DNA of 64,000 nucleotides from Patescibacteria group bacterium (GCA_004297215.1 SCUM01000002.1:6270-70269), one strand, 5' to 3'; counted from the stretch's first letter, positions 26,301-34,374 are shown. Numbers and translations are program-made. The notes: a model not told the origin generated them from the sequence alone.

Positions 26301-27581
26301 GGCGCCGGACGTGCACATCCCGCTCGCGCACTCGGCCCCGGACGCGCATGACGCGCCAAGGCAGGCGCCGCAGAAATTCGCGGAAGACGAGTCTCCCCCG
26401 CAATCGACGGCCGTCTCGCCGAACCCGGCATCCGTGACCCCGTTCTGGCAGTTGGCCGCGCGCAGCATCACGCCCACCCCGGGGGTCTGCACCGTGTGTC
26501 CCGCGCAATCGGACGCTTCCGCGGATACCGTATGCATCTTGTTCGTGGCGGAGCCGGACGTGGCCCATTCCGTATCGTCGGTGTTGAACGCGTTGTCGGC
26601 ATTCCCGCCCACCAAGGCCTGCGCGACGCTTTGCGGGATCCCGGCGATGAACACGGGACGCTGGTCCACGGAAAACTCCACGGAAGACACGCCGGTGTCA
26701 TCCCTGGTGAGCGCCTGGAGCAGTTCGATCTGCGGGACGAAGAACGGCGTTCCGGAGACGCCCGGGCGCTGGATGATGGCGGTCGGTCCCCGCGTGTCCA
26801 CGCCGGTGCCGGTGCGCATCACCGGGATCGTGCACGGGAAATTCGGCTCGTCGCAGGAAAGCGCGCGGCCAGCGGCGCTCTTCAGCACCGCCTGGCTCAA
26901 GACGATCTCGATGTCCACGTCGCCCGGGAAACAGCGCTCCTGCGGCGCCGCGTCGCACGCCGCGTCGGGGATGAACGTGACCTTCTTCCCGGAGACGGCA
27001 AGGCTCCCGTCCACCGGGGAGCCGCCCACGACCCGGACGATGATGCCGGCTTGTGCCGTGGCGGCGTCGACGGCCTGCGAGAACACCAGCTGCGGGCGGA
27101 AATTCCGAAGCGCCTCGGCGCACTCGACGTTCGCCGAGGAAAGGACGAATTTCCCCTGGGCCCCGCCGTCCCCGAAGAACCCGCCCGGCGACCCGCCTCC
27201 TCCCGGTCCGAACCCGGCGGTGGTCCCCGTGGCGGAAGAAAGGCTTCCCACCACGAACTGCGCGATGGCGAAGGACGACAGGACGATGACCAGCCCGATG
27301 ACCGCGTTCGTAAGCACCTTCTTCGCCTTGTCCACGCGTGCCTGTTCCCCGGCCGCGGTCATGTACAGGAACCCGCCGTACAGGACGAGGACGACCACGA
27401 TGACGCCGAGGAAACCGAGCACGGTGCGGATGAGCCGGGCGATGATGAGCACCAGGTCGCCCTCCGTGCTGAACCCGGCCCGCTCCGCGAACGAGGCGTC
27501 CACGCCCTGCGCGAACGCAACGTGCGCGCCCATGAGCGCGGCGGCGGCGAGGATCCCGATGACGGCCGGTTTCAATCGCAT
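20304..27581 (-). CDS. giant surface protein (2425 aa): signal peptide plus a two-helix pilin-like N-terminal module, IPT/Ig-like domains, array of Myxococcus-type Cys-rich repeats
   Basis: N-terminal LVLIIARLIRTVLGFLGVIVVVLVLYGGFLYMTAAGEQ...; at least five repeats such as CGNGQMDVGEDCDDGNVASGDGCSSRCL. Confidence 0.8.
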   Translation of the reverse strand: MRLKPAVIGILAAAALMGAHVAFAQGVDASFAERAGFSTEGDLVLIIARLIRTVLGFLGVIVVVLVLYGGFLYMTAAGEQARVDKAKKVLTNAVIGLVIVLSSFAIAQFVVGSLSSATGTTAGFGPGGGGSPGGFFGDGGAQGKFVLSSANVECAEALRNFRPQLVFSQAVDAATAQAGIIVRVVGGSPVDGSLAVSGKKVTFIPDAACDAAPQERCFPGDVDIEIVLSQAVLKSAAGRALSCDEPNFPCTIPVMRTGTGVDTRGPTAIIQRPGVSGTPFFVPQIELLQALTRDDTGVSSVEFSVDQRPVFIAGIPQSVAQALVGGNADNAFNTDDTEWATSGSATNKMHTVSAEASDCAGHTVQTPGVGVMLRAANCQNGVTDAGFGETAVDCGGDSSSANFCGACLGASCASGAECASGMCTSGACVSVARIDRVSPGDGAVGNLITITGAGFGATPGTVEFLAGETGSDQRLVTDFACAGASGWSDRQIVVRVPDGAGTGPILIRTADQLSDRTDDAFGPFIADFEVNDVVRPGLCSLTPESGARGTQVTLSGINLGTNPDQTNSVFFGNTEASRYRSWADTSVRIDSPALDARTYGVQAFVGDNVCANDAGKLCRVDADCASSTCTIRRQGSNPVNFAATSGTAGAPPVITLIDTGWTACTADDKRCATDADCGGAAGSCASASNFGPPGQYVTLFGSRLGTSTGTVTFQSVASGTSADADITFPAACGDQFWHDGSVTVKVPQAVKVGTDAQFGAYKVSVRRAEDGVVSEAVDFNLLDPASNPPGPSLCALDPESGPPTTLVSFIGENFGDAALPGNVFFTQSPSAATNPASWADGLVSAAVPAAGKTGPSLVRSAAGFRSNAVPFQVADCRDDAAVCKEGNQCCADGACRAQCAPAIQNAFYGYRFSTGPIPKAPHLVFQCNPDDPLKMPPSPSPWAGRNLPANVCLDAMVSGTFDMDMNAASLQNAGNVVVEKCTGPAGDPCGSVEGTPMAGTVLPPGPRTFLWSHPAPFEADTFYRVTLRGGVGAGVITSAAPANVPLATNETWRFRTAPAGTVCTIGDISVAPPSFTATAQDQEVAYQSLPLSQTDRCIILSCDGGAGAPRVFDWSLSSSRAVLVAPKGQATVTNSCLNTVTAKVETNAGEPVVVSAALRAPGTPTGSGDLTINFTDPKVVDFAPDCDLACVNAAITATFNTRMDKASVEAPGAVKVVECANELCEDANPVPFTAFSVEYVDSADGSVPPTVTLFHSLDAQGKPIPFKQNQNYRVSFDGDSITGMRSASGVPLHPSGTNRGKTFSWTFKTKDSAVTCSIDRVEVSPKRATAQVIGERREFRAKPFGAPDACSKNGQLLDPADYDWLNWTSRDVEDTVQAPATVVAASLVANGAISLAAGPPKGCTSSCLSAGTPFTTASAVCGDGRVGAGEDCDGGSGCSASCLHAGTDPLTPATPAGLCGNGQMDVGEDCDDGNVASGDGCSSRCLNEGAAAVQTNCGEVGGTVDYASSRGGEECEDGNRVGGDGCSSNCLNEGSTPRAAVAVCGNGLIERPTETCDDGNAVPGDGCSGRCVREGRRPGAGACGNALVERAGASDAGEDCDDGNVTDGDGCSSECLFEGSSVGYATPSFCADGTVGAGEVSECEAGLATRVGPYAVAVAANTAPREIDAPEAHEAVSRLRATGGNPAKSGEGDFAVQCACENDAACGDVNANGCGAGSCCFERPRVTSTIPASGAPDVCRNTLVQVEFSQKMDPKSFDRSTDAAKDPQLYLELVSLDGTPVTAATCPHGSLASAGHGFFGRFWGGLQAFFGRSVSAQAAGTRCLVPIKYDVTDGALGASRVSLAIQEALKERGTYRLVAAGDAGLADATSAGVLSADGVGMAAGTSVTFTTGFDICALDEVLAADLGQVDSLAANSVVPPSRNLFTKKDETHRLNAVAVSNRGGASQPIQPIPGSYAWSWSFGSNKPDAEEGNVITVTPAPTPAPTQGEVNTDAKAVGIDGVESAAMTATITVDKLLDPPTDGTDGRPARAQTGFVELTVLVCENPWPSLTDGFPYVEDEDTNPDPQIDTSTNYSFYYCRDAGRAGAADDLAELEVKPIARSPIAGVIKEILYPLSGAAAGVGVRVVANPGYLPADLFFQGLVPGGKAVPVTLDGYEAVRDGNTIYATAANQVGDIFPNVYIFSVSQGAPSEAAQVLDQVAKHWAFNANDAAVSDVNLCRAASGNYVVKEGSFVSCEWDGDCDTAAADAQFCDAEKAKLRRDTRRLTDLVRVKASLDRYGATHAHCSATRAQGCDTRFPSCPSGELCLAGVPTLSQGSFIRTLTTSAWPSWTAVLGNELGGALPVDPLNEFFECEEGADPATCFNASSGEFLCKEGSHVYGFQSSAGETYTFTALLEHAEAPWAFDIDKDPNDNAFIRVEYPPAP

Positions 27582-27582
27582 A

Positions 27583-29382
27583 TCACGGCGCAGGCGGCAA
27601 CGTCCTCCCCGGCGACGGAAGGGTGGTGCAGGCGGTGGATGACGGGCGGCCGTGGCAGCAGAACGGTTCGGTTTGGGTGACGGCGCAGCGGCCGGCGGGG
27701 TCCGCGTTGTCCGGCCCGAACGACGGGTACAGGCAGAACTGGTTCCCCCCTTTCACCCCTTTGGTGACGAGCGGGTAGTAGTTGCACGCCTGGATTCCGG
27801 CGGTATCCTCGTCGCAATCCACGTCGGGCGGCAGGAAGGTGGGGTGCGAGATGGACACGCGCGTGGCCTCGACTTCGTCGTCCCCGATCGCCGGGATCCC
27901 GCCCGCGCCCAGGTTCTCGCTGCGCGGCACGAACGACATGGGATAGGAGGGATCCGGGAACAGCTGGACGTTGCTCCCGTTGAGGGTCGTGACGAGCATG
28001 CCCATGGTGAACGTGATCGTGACCGGTCGGTCCACCTCGACGTCCCCTTCTTCCACGTTCGGGGAGATGGTGCCGATCTCGGGCGTGCGCGCGTCGATGG
28101 CAGAACCCGTGTGGAACGGGTCGGACGCGAAATCGTCCGCTCCCTTCCCCTGCGCGATGTCGTCGTCATTGCCGTCCAGGCTGTTCCCCGAAGCGTCGGT
28201 GAGGCCGTCGAACGACGCGCCGAACAGCCGCGCCTGGGGCGGCTCGGTGGAAAGCGTGGCGGCGTGCGCGAGCAGGTGCAGGTCCTCGTTGAACGGCAGG
28301 CAGAAGACGGTGTCGCCGCATTGGTCGCGCGCGCAGGCGACGTCGGGGACGAACTCCACGGTGCGGTAGCCGTTGCCGATGCGGTAATCGCCGTTCACGG
28401 GCGTCGCGTCCCCCTTCAACACCTCGAGATGGCCGAAGCTCCCTCCCGCGCCGAGCGTTCCCGTGCTCGATACCGGGTCCATCGGCTCATTGAAGGTGAT
28501 CTGCACCGCCGTGTTCGGCGAGCGCGTGCCGCCCACGGGGCTTACGGAAACGACCTTTGGCGGGGTGAGGTCAACCTCGGTAGACACCTCGAACGTCCAC
28601 GCGTATCCCTGGTTGTTGGTCCCCGTGAACGCGTCGCGGCCGTTCGCGAGCTTGATCGTAGGCTGCAGCATCACGGTATAGTTGGTGTCTTCCGTGGGGC
28701 TGCCGAGCAGCGGGACCGGGTCGAATACGAACGTGCGAGCCTCCGCATCGAAGGTGATGGCCAGCTGATCCTGGGGCAGGATGTCGGCGCACGAGGTGAG
28801 CGGACGGGCCGAAGCGCAGGCGGCCGTGGGGTAGATGAGGACGCGGCCCGGGACGGAATCCGCGGCGATCGGTTCCTTGAACGTCACGAACACGCGCACG
28901 TTGCGCGGGATGTCGAGCGCGTTGCGCGGCGGATAATGGTCCTGCACGATGCCTGCGCCAAGCGATCCGGAGAGCGGCTCGATGAACGCGCTCGCGTCGC
29001 GCGCCACGATGCCGCCCGCCCCGAGGGCGCGGGCGAGCATGTTGATGACGAAGGAGGCGATGGCGTAGGAGAGGAGGATGATGGCGAGCCCGACCACCGC
29101 CTGGATGATCGTCGACTTCGCCGCCTCCACCTTCTTGGGGTCGCCCGCCGCGGTCATGTACCGGAATCCGGCGTAGATGAGCAGCACGACGAGCACGATG
29201 CCCGTGACCCCGATCACTCCGCGGATGATGCGCGCGACGATGAGCGAAAGCGGCTGCGTGGACAGCCCCGACGCCTGGGCGAACGCGAGGTTCGCTTCCT
29301 GCGCCTGCGCCTGCCCCGCCGTGAGGCCCGCGCACAGCAACACGGCCGCAAGCACGCCAAGCGCTGCGCGCGAACGCTTCAT
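27583..29382 (-). CDS. surface protein (about 600 aa) whose N-terminal module is homologous to that of the 2425-aa protein
   Basis: LSLIVARIIRGVIGVTGIVLVVLLIYAGFRYMTAAGDPKKVEAAKS..., about 55% identical to the neighbouring N-terminal module. Start uncertain (29382 or 29424). Confidence 0.75.
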   Translation of the reverse strand: MKRSRAALGVLAAVLLCAGLTAGQAQAQEANLAFAQASGLSTQPLSLIVARIIRGVIGVTGIVLVVLLIYAGFRYMTAAGDPKKVEAAKSTIIQAVVGLAIILLSYAIASFVINMLARALGAGGIVARDASAFIEPLSGSLGAGIVQDHYPPRNALDIPRNVRVFVTFKEPIAADSVPGRVLIYPTAACASARPLTSCADILPQDQLAITFDAEARTFVFDPVPLLGSPTEDTNYTVMLQPTIKLANGRDAFTGTNNQGYAWTFEVSTEVDLTPPKVVSVSPVGGTRSPNTAVQITFNEPMDPVSSTGTLGAGGSFGHLEVLKGDATPVNGDYRIGNGYRTVEFVPDVACARDQCGDTVFCLPFNEDLHLLAHAATLSTEPPQARLFGASFDGLTDASGNSLDGNDDDIAQGKGADDFASDPFHTGSAIDARTPEIGTISPNVEEGDVEVDRPVTITFTMGMLVTTLNGSNVQLFPDPSYPMSFVPRSENLGAGGIPAIGDDEVEATRVSISHPTFLPPDVDCDEDTAGIQACNYYPLVTKGVKGGNQFCLYPSFGPDNADPAGRCAVTQTEPFCCHGRPSSTACTTLPSPGRTLPPAP

Positions 29383-29442
29383 TGTCCATGGCGTGACAAG
29401 CATGGGGACGGGTTTGGATGCCATTCTACACCCAAAACGAAA

Positions 29443-29473
29443 AAAGACCCCTGTGGAAAGGTCTTTCTTTCAC
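29443..29473. terminator. bidirectional hairpin terminator
   Basis: AAAAAAGACC-cctgtggaa-AGGTCTTTCTTT. Confidence 0.45.
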
Positions 29474-29697
29474 CGGCTCCCGAGCGCGGCCGTGAACGCC
29501 GCGAATGCGCCGGCCACGGCGAGCGTCCCGAGCGTCCCTTTGACGATGCCGTGCAGGGCGTGGTGCTCGTCGTCGTCGCGCCCGCTGCAGATCATCATCT
29601 GGAAGGCGCCCACGAGGATCATGTTCACGCACACGATGCCGAGCATGGGGAGAAACCCGCGCCCCACCTGCAGGGCCTCCGTGACGAACGGGCTCAT
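29470..29697 (-). CDS. hypothetical small two-TM membrane protein (75 aa)
   Basis: Its start overlaps the yqeY stop by 4 nt (ATGA); two hydrophobic helices. Confidence 0.35.
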   Translation of the reverse strand: MSPFVTEALQVGRGFLPMLGIVCVNMILVGAFQMMICSGRDDDEHHALHGIVKGTLGTLAVAGAFAAFTAALGSR

Positions 29698-30137
29698 GCG
29701 AGCGCCGATTCCACGGCCTTCTTCACGCGCGCGCCGTCGGCGAGCCCCGCGACCGCCTTCATCGCGACCCCCATCGCACGCCCCGTGTCCGCCTTCGACG
29801 TGAGGCCCGCCCCGGAAAGCGCCTCGCGCACCTTGGCGTCGAGCGCGGCGTCGGAGAGCTGGGAGGGCAGGTACGCCTCGAGCGTGGCGATCTCCCCCGC
29901 GACCGGATCGGCCAGGTCGGTGCGCCCGGCGGCCGTGAACGACTCCGCAGAATCCCTGAGCTGCTTGATCTGCGTTCGGATCACGGCAAGCGCCTCATCG
30001 TCGGTGAGCGCGCGCATGAGGTCGATCTCCTTGTTCTTAAGCGCCGTCTTGAGCATCCGGATGGTGGAAAGCTTCGCTGCCTCCTGCGCCTTCATGGCCG
30101 CCTTCATGTCGTCGTTCACTTGGGTGATGATGGGCAT
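29694..30137 (-). CDS. yqeY: GatB/YqeY domain protein
   Basis: 147 aa, helical, immediately downstream of rpsU, which is the conserved rpsU-yqeY pairing. Confidence 0.8.
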   Translation of the reverse strand: MPIITQVNDDMKAAMKAQEAAKLSTIRMLKTALKNKEIDLMRALTDDEALAVIRTQIKQLRDSAESFTAAGRTDLADPVAGEIATLEAYLPSQLSDAALDAKVREALSGAGLTSKADTGRAMGVAMKAVAGLADGARVKKAVESALA

Positions 30138-30164
30138 AACGGGATATCAAGGAAAAGCCGGCGT

Positions 30165-30410
30165 TTAGCGCCGGCGGGGTCCCTTCCGTTCCTCTTCGAT
30201 CAGCTTGCCGGTCTTCACGAGGTACTCGCGGGCCTCGCGCTTGTCCTTGCGGCGCAAGGCGCTGCGGTGAAGCGAGTTCTTGCTCTGCTCCGGCTCGTGG
30301 AACCGGTGCTTGCGGGCCTCAAGCAGGCGGCCGCTCTGCTGCACCCGGCGGGTGAAGCGGCGGAACAGCCCTTCGAAGCTCTCTCCCTTGCGGCGTTTCA
30401 CGTCGACCAT
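30165..30410 (-). CDS. rpsU: 30S ribosomal protein S21
   Basis: VDVKRRKGESFEGLFRRFTRRVQQSGRL..., a typical S21. Confidence 0.85.
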   Translation of the reverse strand: MVDVKRRKGESFEGLFRRFTRRVQQSGRLLEARKHRFHEPEQSKNSLHRSALRRKDKREAREYLVKTGKLIEEERKGPRRR

Positions 30411-30428
30411 AATGGGCTCGAGTGTGCC

Positions 30429-31847
30429 TTAGGCCTCCGGCGATGTCAAGGGCTCCGCGGGCGGGACCGGCGGCGGCGCGGGGACGATCGGCATATCCGG
30501 AGCCGTCGCGAGCTTCTTCTTCACGAGCGCGACCACCTTGTTGACGTCCACGATCTCCTGGGCGCCGCTCTCCATGTCGCGGATGATGATGGTGCCGTCG
30601 AGCACCTCCTTCTGCCCCAAGATGAGGGTGTAGGCGGAACCGAGCTTGTTCGCCGCCTCGAGCTGCGCCTTGAGCGCGTTCTTGCCGAACGCCTCGGCTA
30701 CCTGGATCTCCGCCTTGCGGAACTCCTCGAACACCTTGAGGCCCACGCGCCTCGCGGCGTCGCCCAGCTGGGCGAAGAATACCTTCGCGCGCGGCCGCAG
30801 TTCCGGGTTGATCCCCTTCTCCCCCATCGCCTTCACGATGCGTTCGATGCCGACCCCGAACCCGCAGGCCGGCGTGGGACGTCCGCCCAGGACGTCCATG
30901 AGCCCGTCGTACCGGCCGCCGCCTCCAAGGGCGTTTTGCGCGCGCTCCCCCGCGTCGCCCGCGAGCCAGATCTCGAACACGGTGTGCGTGTAATAGTCGA
31001 ACCCGCGCACGAGGTGCGGATTGAGCTGGTAGGGCACCTGCATCTCATCCAGGAACTCGAGCACTTTCATGAAATGGTTCTTGGAATCCTCGTCGAGCCA
31101 GTCCACGACCTGCGGGGCGCCGGGGAGCAGTTCCAGGAGCGCCGGATCCTTGCTGTCGAGCAGGCGCAGCGGGTTCTTCTGCAGGCGCTTCTTGTCGTCC
31201 TCCGAAAGCTTCGAGCGATGGGGGCGGAAATAGCTCGTGAGCTCCGTGAGGTAGCTCGCGCGGGATTCGGGCGTGCCGATGGAGTTGATCTGCACGGTGA
31301 TCTCGAGCCCGAGGTCCTTGAACATCTGCGAGGCGATGATGATGAGTTGCGCGTCGATGATCGCCTCGTTCACCCCGAGCACCTCGAACCCGATGCTGTG
31401 GAATTGGCGGTACCGGCCGGCCTGGGGCCGGTCGTGGCGGAACATCGGCCCGTCGTACCACAGCTTCACCGGCTGCGGCAGGTTGAGCATGCCGTGGTTG
31501 ATGTAGGCGCGGCACACGGAGGCGGTGGCCTCCGGGCGCAGGCTCACGGAGTCGCCGGACGGGTCCTCGAAGGTGTACATCTCCTTCTCCACCACGTCCG
31601 TGCTCTTGCCGAGCGGGCGCAGGAACACCTCGGTCCGCTCGAGCACAGGAAGGTCGATGCGATCGAAGCTGTAGGCGTCGGCCATGGCGCGGGCCGCGTC
31701 GCGCACGGCCTGGAAGCGGCCTTGCTCCTCCGGCAGGATGTCGCGGAAGCCGCGCAACAGCTCGGGCGGCGCTTTCTGCTTCTTGCCCGGAATGGGGAGG
31801 GCGGCGCCGGTTTCCGGGAGCGGGGCGGGTTTCTTTCTCGGGATCAT
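30429..31847 (-). CDS. hisS: histidyl-tRNA synthetase
   Basis: Class II motifs LRGFRD and RGFDYYTHTVFE, plus an anticodon-binding domain and a Pro-rich C-terminal tail. Confidence 0.9.
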   Translation of the reverse strand: MIPRKKPAPLPETGAALPIPGKKQKAPPELLRGFRDILPEEQGRFQAVRDAARAMADAYSFDRIDLPVLERTEVFLRPLGKSTDVVEKEMYTFEDPSGDSVSLRPEATASVCRAYINHGMLNLPQPVKLWYDGPMFRHDRPQAGRYRQFHSIGFEVLGVNEAIIDAQLIIIASQMFKDLGLEITVQINSIGTPESRASYLTELTSYFRPHRSKLSEDDKKRLQKNPLRLLDSKDPALLELLPGAPQVVDWLDEDSKNHFMKVLEFLDEMQVPYQLNPHLVRGFDYYTHTVFEIWLAGDAGERAQNALGGGGRYDGLMDVLGGRPTPACGFGVGIERIVKAMGEKGINPELRPRAKVFFAQLGDAARRVGLKVFEEFRKAEIQVAEAFGKNALKAQLEAANKLGSAYTLILGQKEVLDGTIIIRDMESGAQEIVDVNKVVALVKKKLATAPDMPIVPAPPPVPPAEPLTSPEA

Positions 31848-31854
31848 ACGGTTC

Positions 31855-32517
31855 CTAAAAGTTATACGCGGGCGCCGGGAAGGCGCCGGCGCGGGAGAGC
31901 GGCAATCCGCGCACCCACACCCTGCCGACGATGTTCTCCCGCGCGACCGGGCCGAACGTGCGGGAATCGAGGCTTTCGTCGCGATTGTCCCCCATCACGA
32001 AATACTCGCCGGGCCCGAGCGTCTTCTTGAGCTTGCCGTTGGTGACCGTGTCCACCAGGTACGGCTCGTCGACCTCCTTCCCGTTGGGATAGGCGTCGTT
32101 GAACACCGTCACCGCGTTATCGGCCACTTCCACCGTCTCCCCCGGCAAGGCGATCACGCGCTTGATGAAGAACTGGCTGGGATCCTTCGGATAGCGGAAC
32201 ACCACGATCTCGCCGCGCTCCGGCTCCCGCACGCGATACGACAGCTCGTCGATGATCAGGTACTCGTGATCGTAGAAATTTGGCTCCATCGAGGCCCCCT
32301 TCACGTAAAACGGCTGGATGAGGAAATACCGGATGGGAATGATGATGGCGGCCGAGATGATGACGATCTGCACCACCTCGATGAGGAACACGGCGATCGC
32401 GCCCACGGCCGGCCCGAACCTGCGGTGCCAGAAGGTGTCCATCGGGGTGTGGTGGCGGTGTTCGAGCATGCAGAAACGATTTCCTTCGAGGATATCACGG
32501 ATTCCGCCCCGGTTCAA
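31855..32517 (-). CDS. lepB: signal peptidase I
   Basis: Catalytic GASMEP Ser box, Lys box IKRVIALPGE, and the GDNRDESLDSR box. Confidence 0.85.
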   Translation of the reverse strand: MNRGGIRDILEGNRFCMLEHRHHTPMDTFWHRRFGPAVGAIAVFLIEVVQIVIISAAIIIPIRYFLIQPFYVKGASMEPNFYDHEYLIIDELSYRVREPERGEIVVFRYPKDPSQFFIKRVIALPGETVEVADNAVTVFNDAYPNGKEVDEPYLVDTVTNGKLKKTLGPGEYFVMGDNRDESLDSRTFGPVARENIVGRVWVRGLPLSRAGAFPAPAYNF

Positions 32518-32573
32518 GGGTCTTGCCTGAACAGCCGTCGGATGCTACGATCTGCCCGGTTCCTCGACCTTCA

Positions 32574-32650
32574 GGACGTTTAGCTCAGCTGGTTAGAGCG
32601 CACCGTTCACATCGGTGAGGTCGCTGGTTCGATCCCAGCAACGTCCACCA
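32574..32650 (+). tRNA. tRNA-Val (CAC)
   Basis: Acceptor GGACGTT/AACGTCC, anticodon stem CACCG/CGGTG, loop TTCACAT, CCA encoded. Confidence 0.9.
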
Positions 32651-32684
32651 AAATCCACCCGGCGACGGGTGGATTTTGTTTCGC
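32651..32684 (+). terminator. rho-independent terminator after tRNA-Val
   Basis: ATCCACCCG-gcga-CGGGTGGAT followed by TTTGTTTC. Confidence 0.65.
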
Positions 32685-32736
32685 GGAAGGATGGTTGAAA
32701 TGCCCGAGGGTTTGTCGTATCATCCACCGCAACGCT

Positions 32737-34305
32737 ATGGACAAGCCGAAGGTCGATTTCCTCCGCGAGAAGTACCAACTCGACGCTTCGCCCCGGAAGC
32801 CGATTCTTTTTTTCGGCCGCCTGCTCGCCCTGTTCCTCGCCGCGGGTTCCGTCGCGCTCGCCGCGCTGTCGTTCAACGTGGATTGGAGCGGTGAGAGCGG
32901 CGGCTCGTTCCCGAGCTTCAACCTGTTCTCCACCCTTCGCCACCTCGTCTCCTCGGAGGACCGGGAGCTGCGGGGCGAGAAGGACGACCGGGTGAATTTC
33001 CTGCTCCTGGGCGTGGGCGGCGCCGGGCATGAGGGGCCGCAGCTCTCCGACACGATCCTGTTCGCGAGCCTCAAGCCGTCCACCGAGCAGGTCGGGCTGC
33101 TCTCCATCCCGCGCGACATGACCGTGCCGATCCCGGGGTACGGCTGGCGCAAGGTGAACAATGCCAACGCCTTCGGCGAGAACGCGGAGCCCGGTTCGGG
33201 CCCGGCGCTCGCCGGAGAGGTGATCGGCGACGTGCTCGACCAGACGGTCCACTATTACGTGCGCGTCGACTTTGACGGGTTCGCGCAGGTCGTCGACGAA
33301 CTGGGAGGGCTCGACGTGTTCGTGGACCGCGCGTTCACCGACGAGCAGTATCCGATCCTCGGCAAGGAAGAGGCCGAATGCGGAAGTAAGGCGGACAAGG
33401 CCGCAGGCGATAAGGCCTCGGCGGCTGAAGCCTTCATGCCTGAAGCCTTCACGCCTCCCCCTGACTACTCCTGCCGATTCGAACTCCTGTCGTTCAAGCA
33501 GGGATGGACGCACATGGACGGCGCCACGGCGCTCATGTTCGTGCGCTCGCGCCATGGGAACAACGGCGAGGCGTCCGATTTCGCGCGTTCGCGCCGGCAG
33601 CAGAAGCTCCTGCTCGCCATGCGCGAGAAGCTCGTTTCCACCGAAACGCTGCTGAACCCCGGGCGCATCGCCAGGATCCTGGACGCGGTGCGCGAGAACG
33701 TCGCCACCAACCTCCAGCTGTGGGAGATCATCCGCCTTGCCGGCCTCATGAAGGACCTCGATCCGGCCAAGGTGGCGAGCCGCGTGCTGGACGCCAGCCC
33801 GGAGTCGCCGCTGTACGCCACGAGCCTCAACGGCGCCTACGTGCTGCTCCCGAAAAACGACGACTGGCGCCCGATCGAAGCGATGGCCGCGGACATCTTC
33901 AACGCGGCGTCAGCCGCGCTCGCCGCCACCCCGCCGAAACCGAAGATGGTCAACATCGAGGTGCAAAACGGCACCACGGTGAACGGCCTGGGCTTCCGCA
34001 CCTCCCAGCTGCTCGAGAAACAAGGGTTCACGGTGTCCAAGGTGGGCAATGCCAAGGACCGCGCCTACGAGCACACGGTCGTGTACGACCTCACCGACGG
34101 CAAGGCCCCCGACGACCTCAAGGCGCTGCGCACGTTCCTCGAGGCGGAAGTCACCCGCACGAGCGGCGGCTGGGTGAGGCCGGGCGACGTGTTGCCGCGA
34201 GAGCTCTCCGTGACTCCCGAAGACCCTTCTGCCCTCGCCACGGACTCGACCGTTGACTTTTTGGTCATCTTGGGGCAAAATTCCGCTGACTTAGCGAGGA
34301 ATTAA
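32737..34305 (+). CDS. LytR-CpsA-Psr (LCP) family cell-envelope phosphotransferase
   Basis: NFLLLGVGGAGHEGPQLSDTILFASL...LSIPRDM, the LCP core, after an N-terminal TM. Contains an in-frame family-1 repeat insert (see feature 33385..33457). Confidence 0.8.
   Translation: MDKPKVDFLREKYQLDASPRKPILFFGRLLALFLAAGSVALAALSFNVDWSGESGGSFPSFNLFSTLRHLVSSEDRELRGEKDDRVNFLLLGVGGAGHEGPQLSDTILFASLKPSTEQVGLLSIPRDMTVPIPGYGWRKVNNANAFGENAEPGSGPALAGEVIGDVLDQTVHYYVRVDFDGFAQVVDELGGLDVFVDRAFTDEQYPILGKEEAECGSKADKAAGDKASAAEAFMPEAFTPPPDYSCRFELLSFKQGWTHMDGATALMFVRSRHGNNGEASDFARSRRQQKLLLAMREKLVSTETLLNPGRIARILDAVRENVATNLQLWEIIRLAGLMKDLDPAKVASRVLDASPESPLYATSLNGAYVLLPKNDDWRPIEAMAADIFNAASAALAATPPKPKMVNIEVQNGTTVNGLGFRTSQLLEKQGFTVSKVGNAKDRAYEHTVVYDLTDGKAPDDLKALRTFLEAEVTRTSGGWVRPGDVLPRELSVTPEDPSALATDSTVDFLVILGQNSADLARN
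33385..33457. repeat. family-1 repeat copy in-frame inside the LCP CDS
   Basis: gcggacaaggccgcaggcgataaggcctcggcgg...gccttcatgcctgaagccttcacgcc, translated as KADKAAGDKASAAEAFMPEAFTPP. Confidence 0.5.
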
Positions 34306-34374
34306 TGGCGAGAAGACCTCAGGCGGACAAGGCCTCAGGGTCCTCATGCCTTCACGCCTGCGGCCTTACCGCCT
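34306..34374. repeat. family-1 palindromic repeat exactly filling the LCP-der spacer
   Basis: The arm set cctcaggcggacaaggcctcagg (central spacer) gccttcacgcctgcggccttaccgcct ends at the der ATG. Confidence 0.6.

Noticed and set aside
16691-27680. Series of long plus-strand ORFs (436, 572, 1033, 528 and 394 aa) across the giant-protein genes
   Set aside because: All are Arg/Gly/His/Asp-rich antisense frames of the domain-rich minus-strand giant genes; none has a plausible RBS or recognisable domains.
27652-32030. 838-aa and 636-aa plus-strand ORFs
   Set aside because: Antisense to the surface-protein gene, yqeY, rpsU and hisS, all of which have clear homology; composition is typical of GC artefacts.
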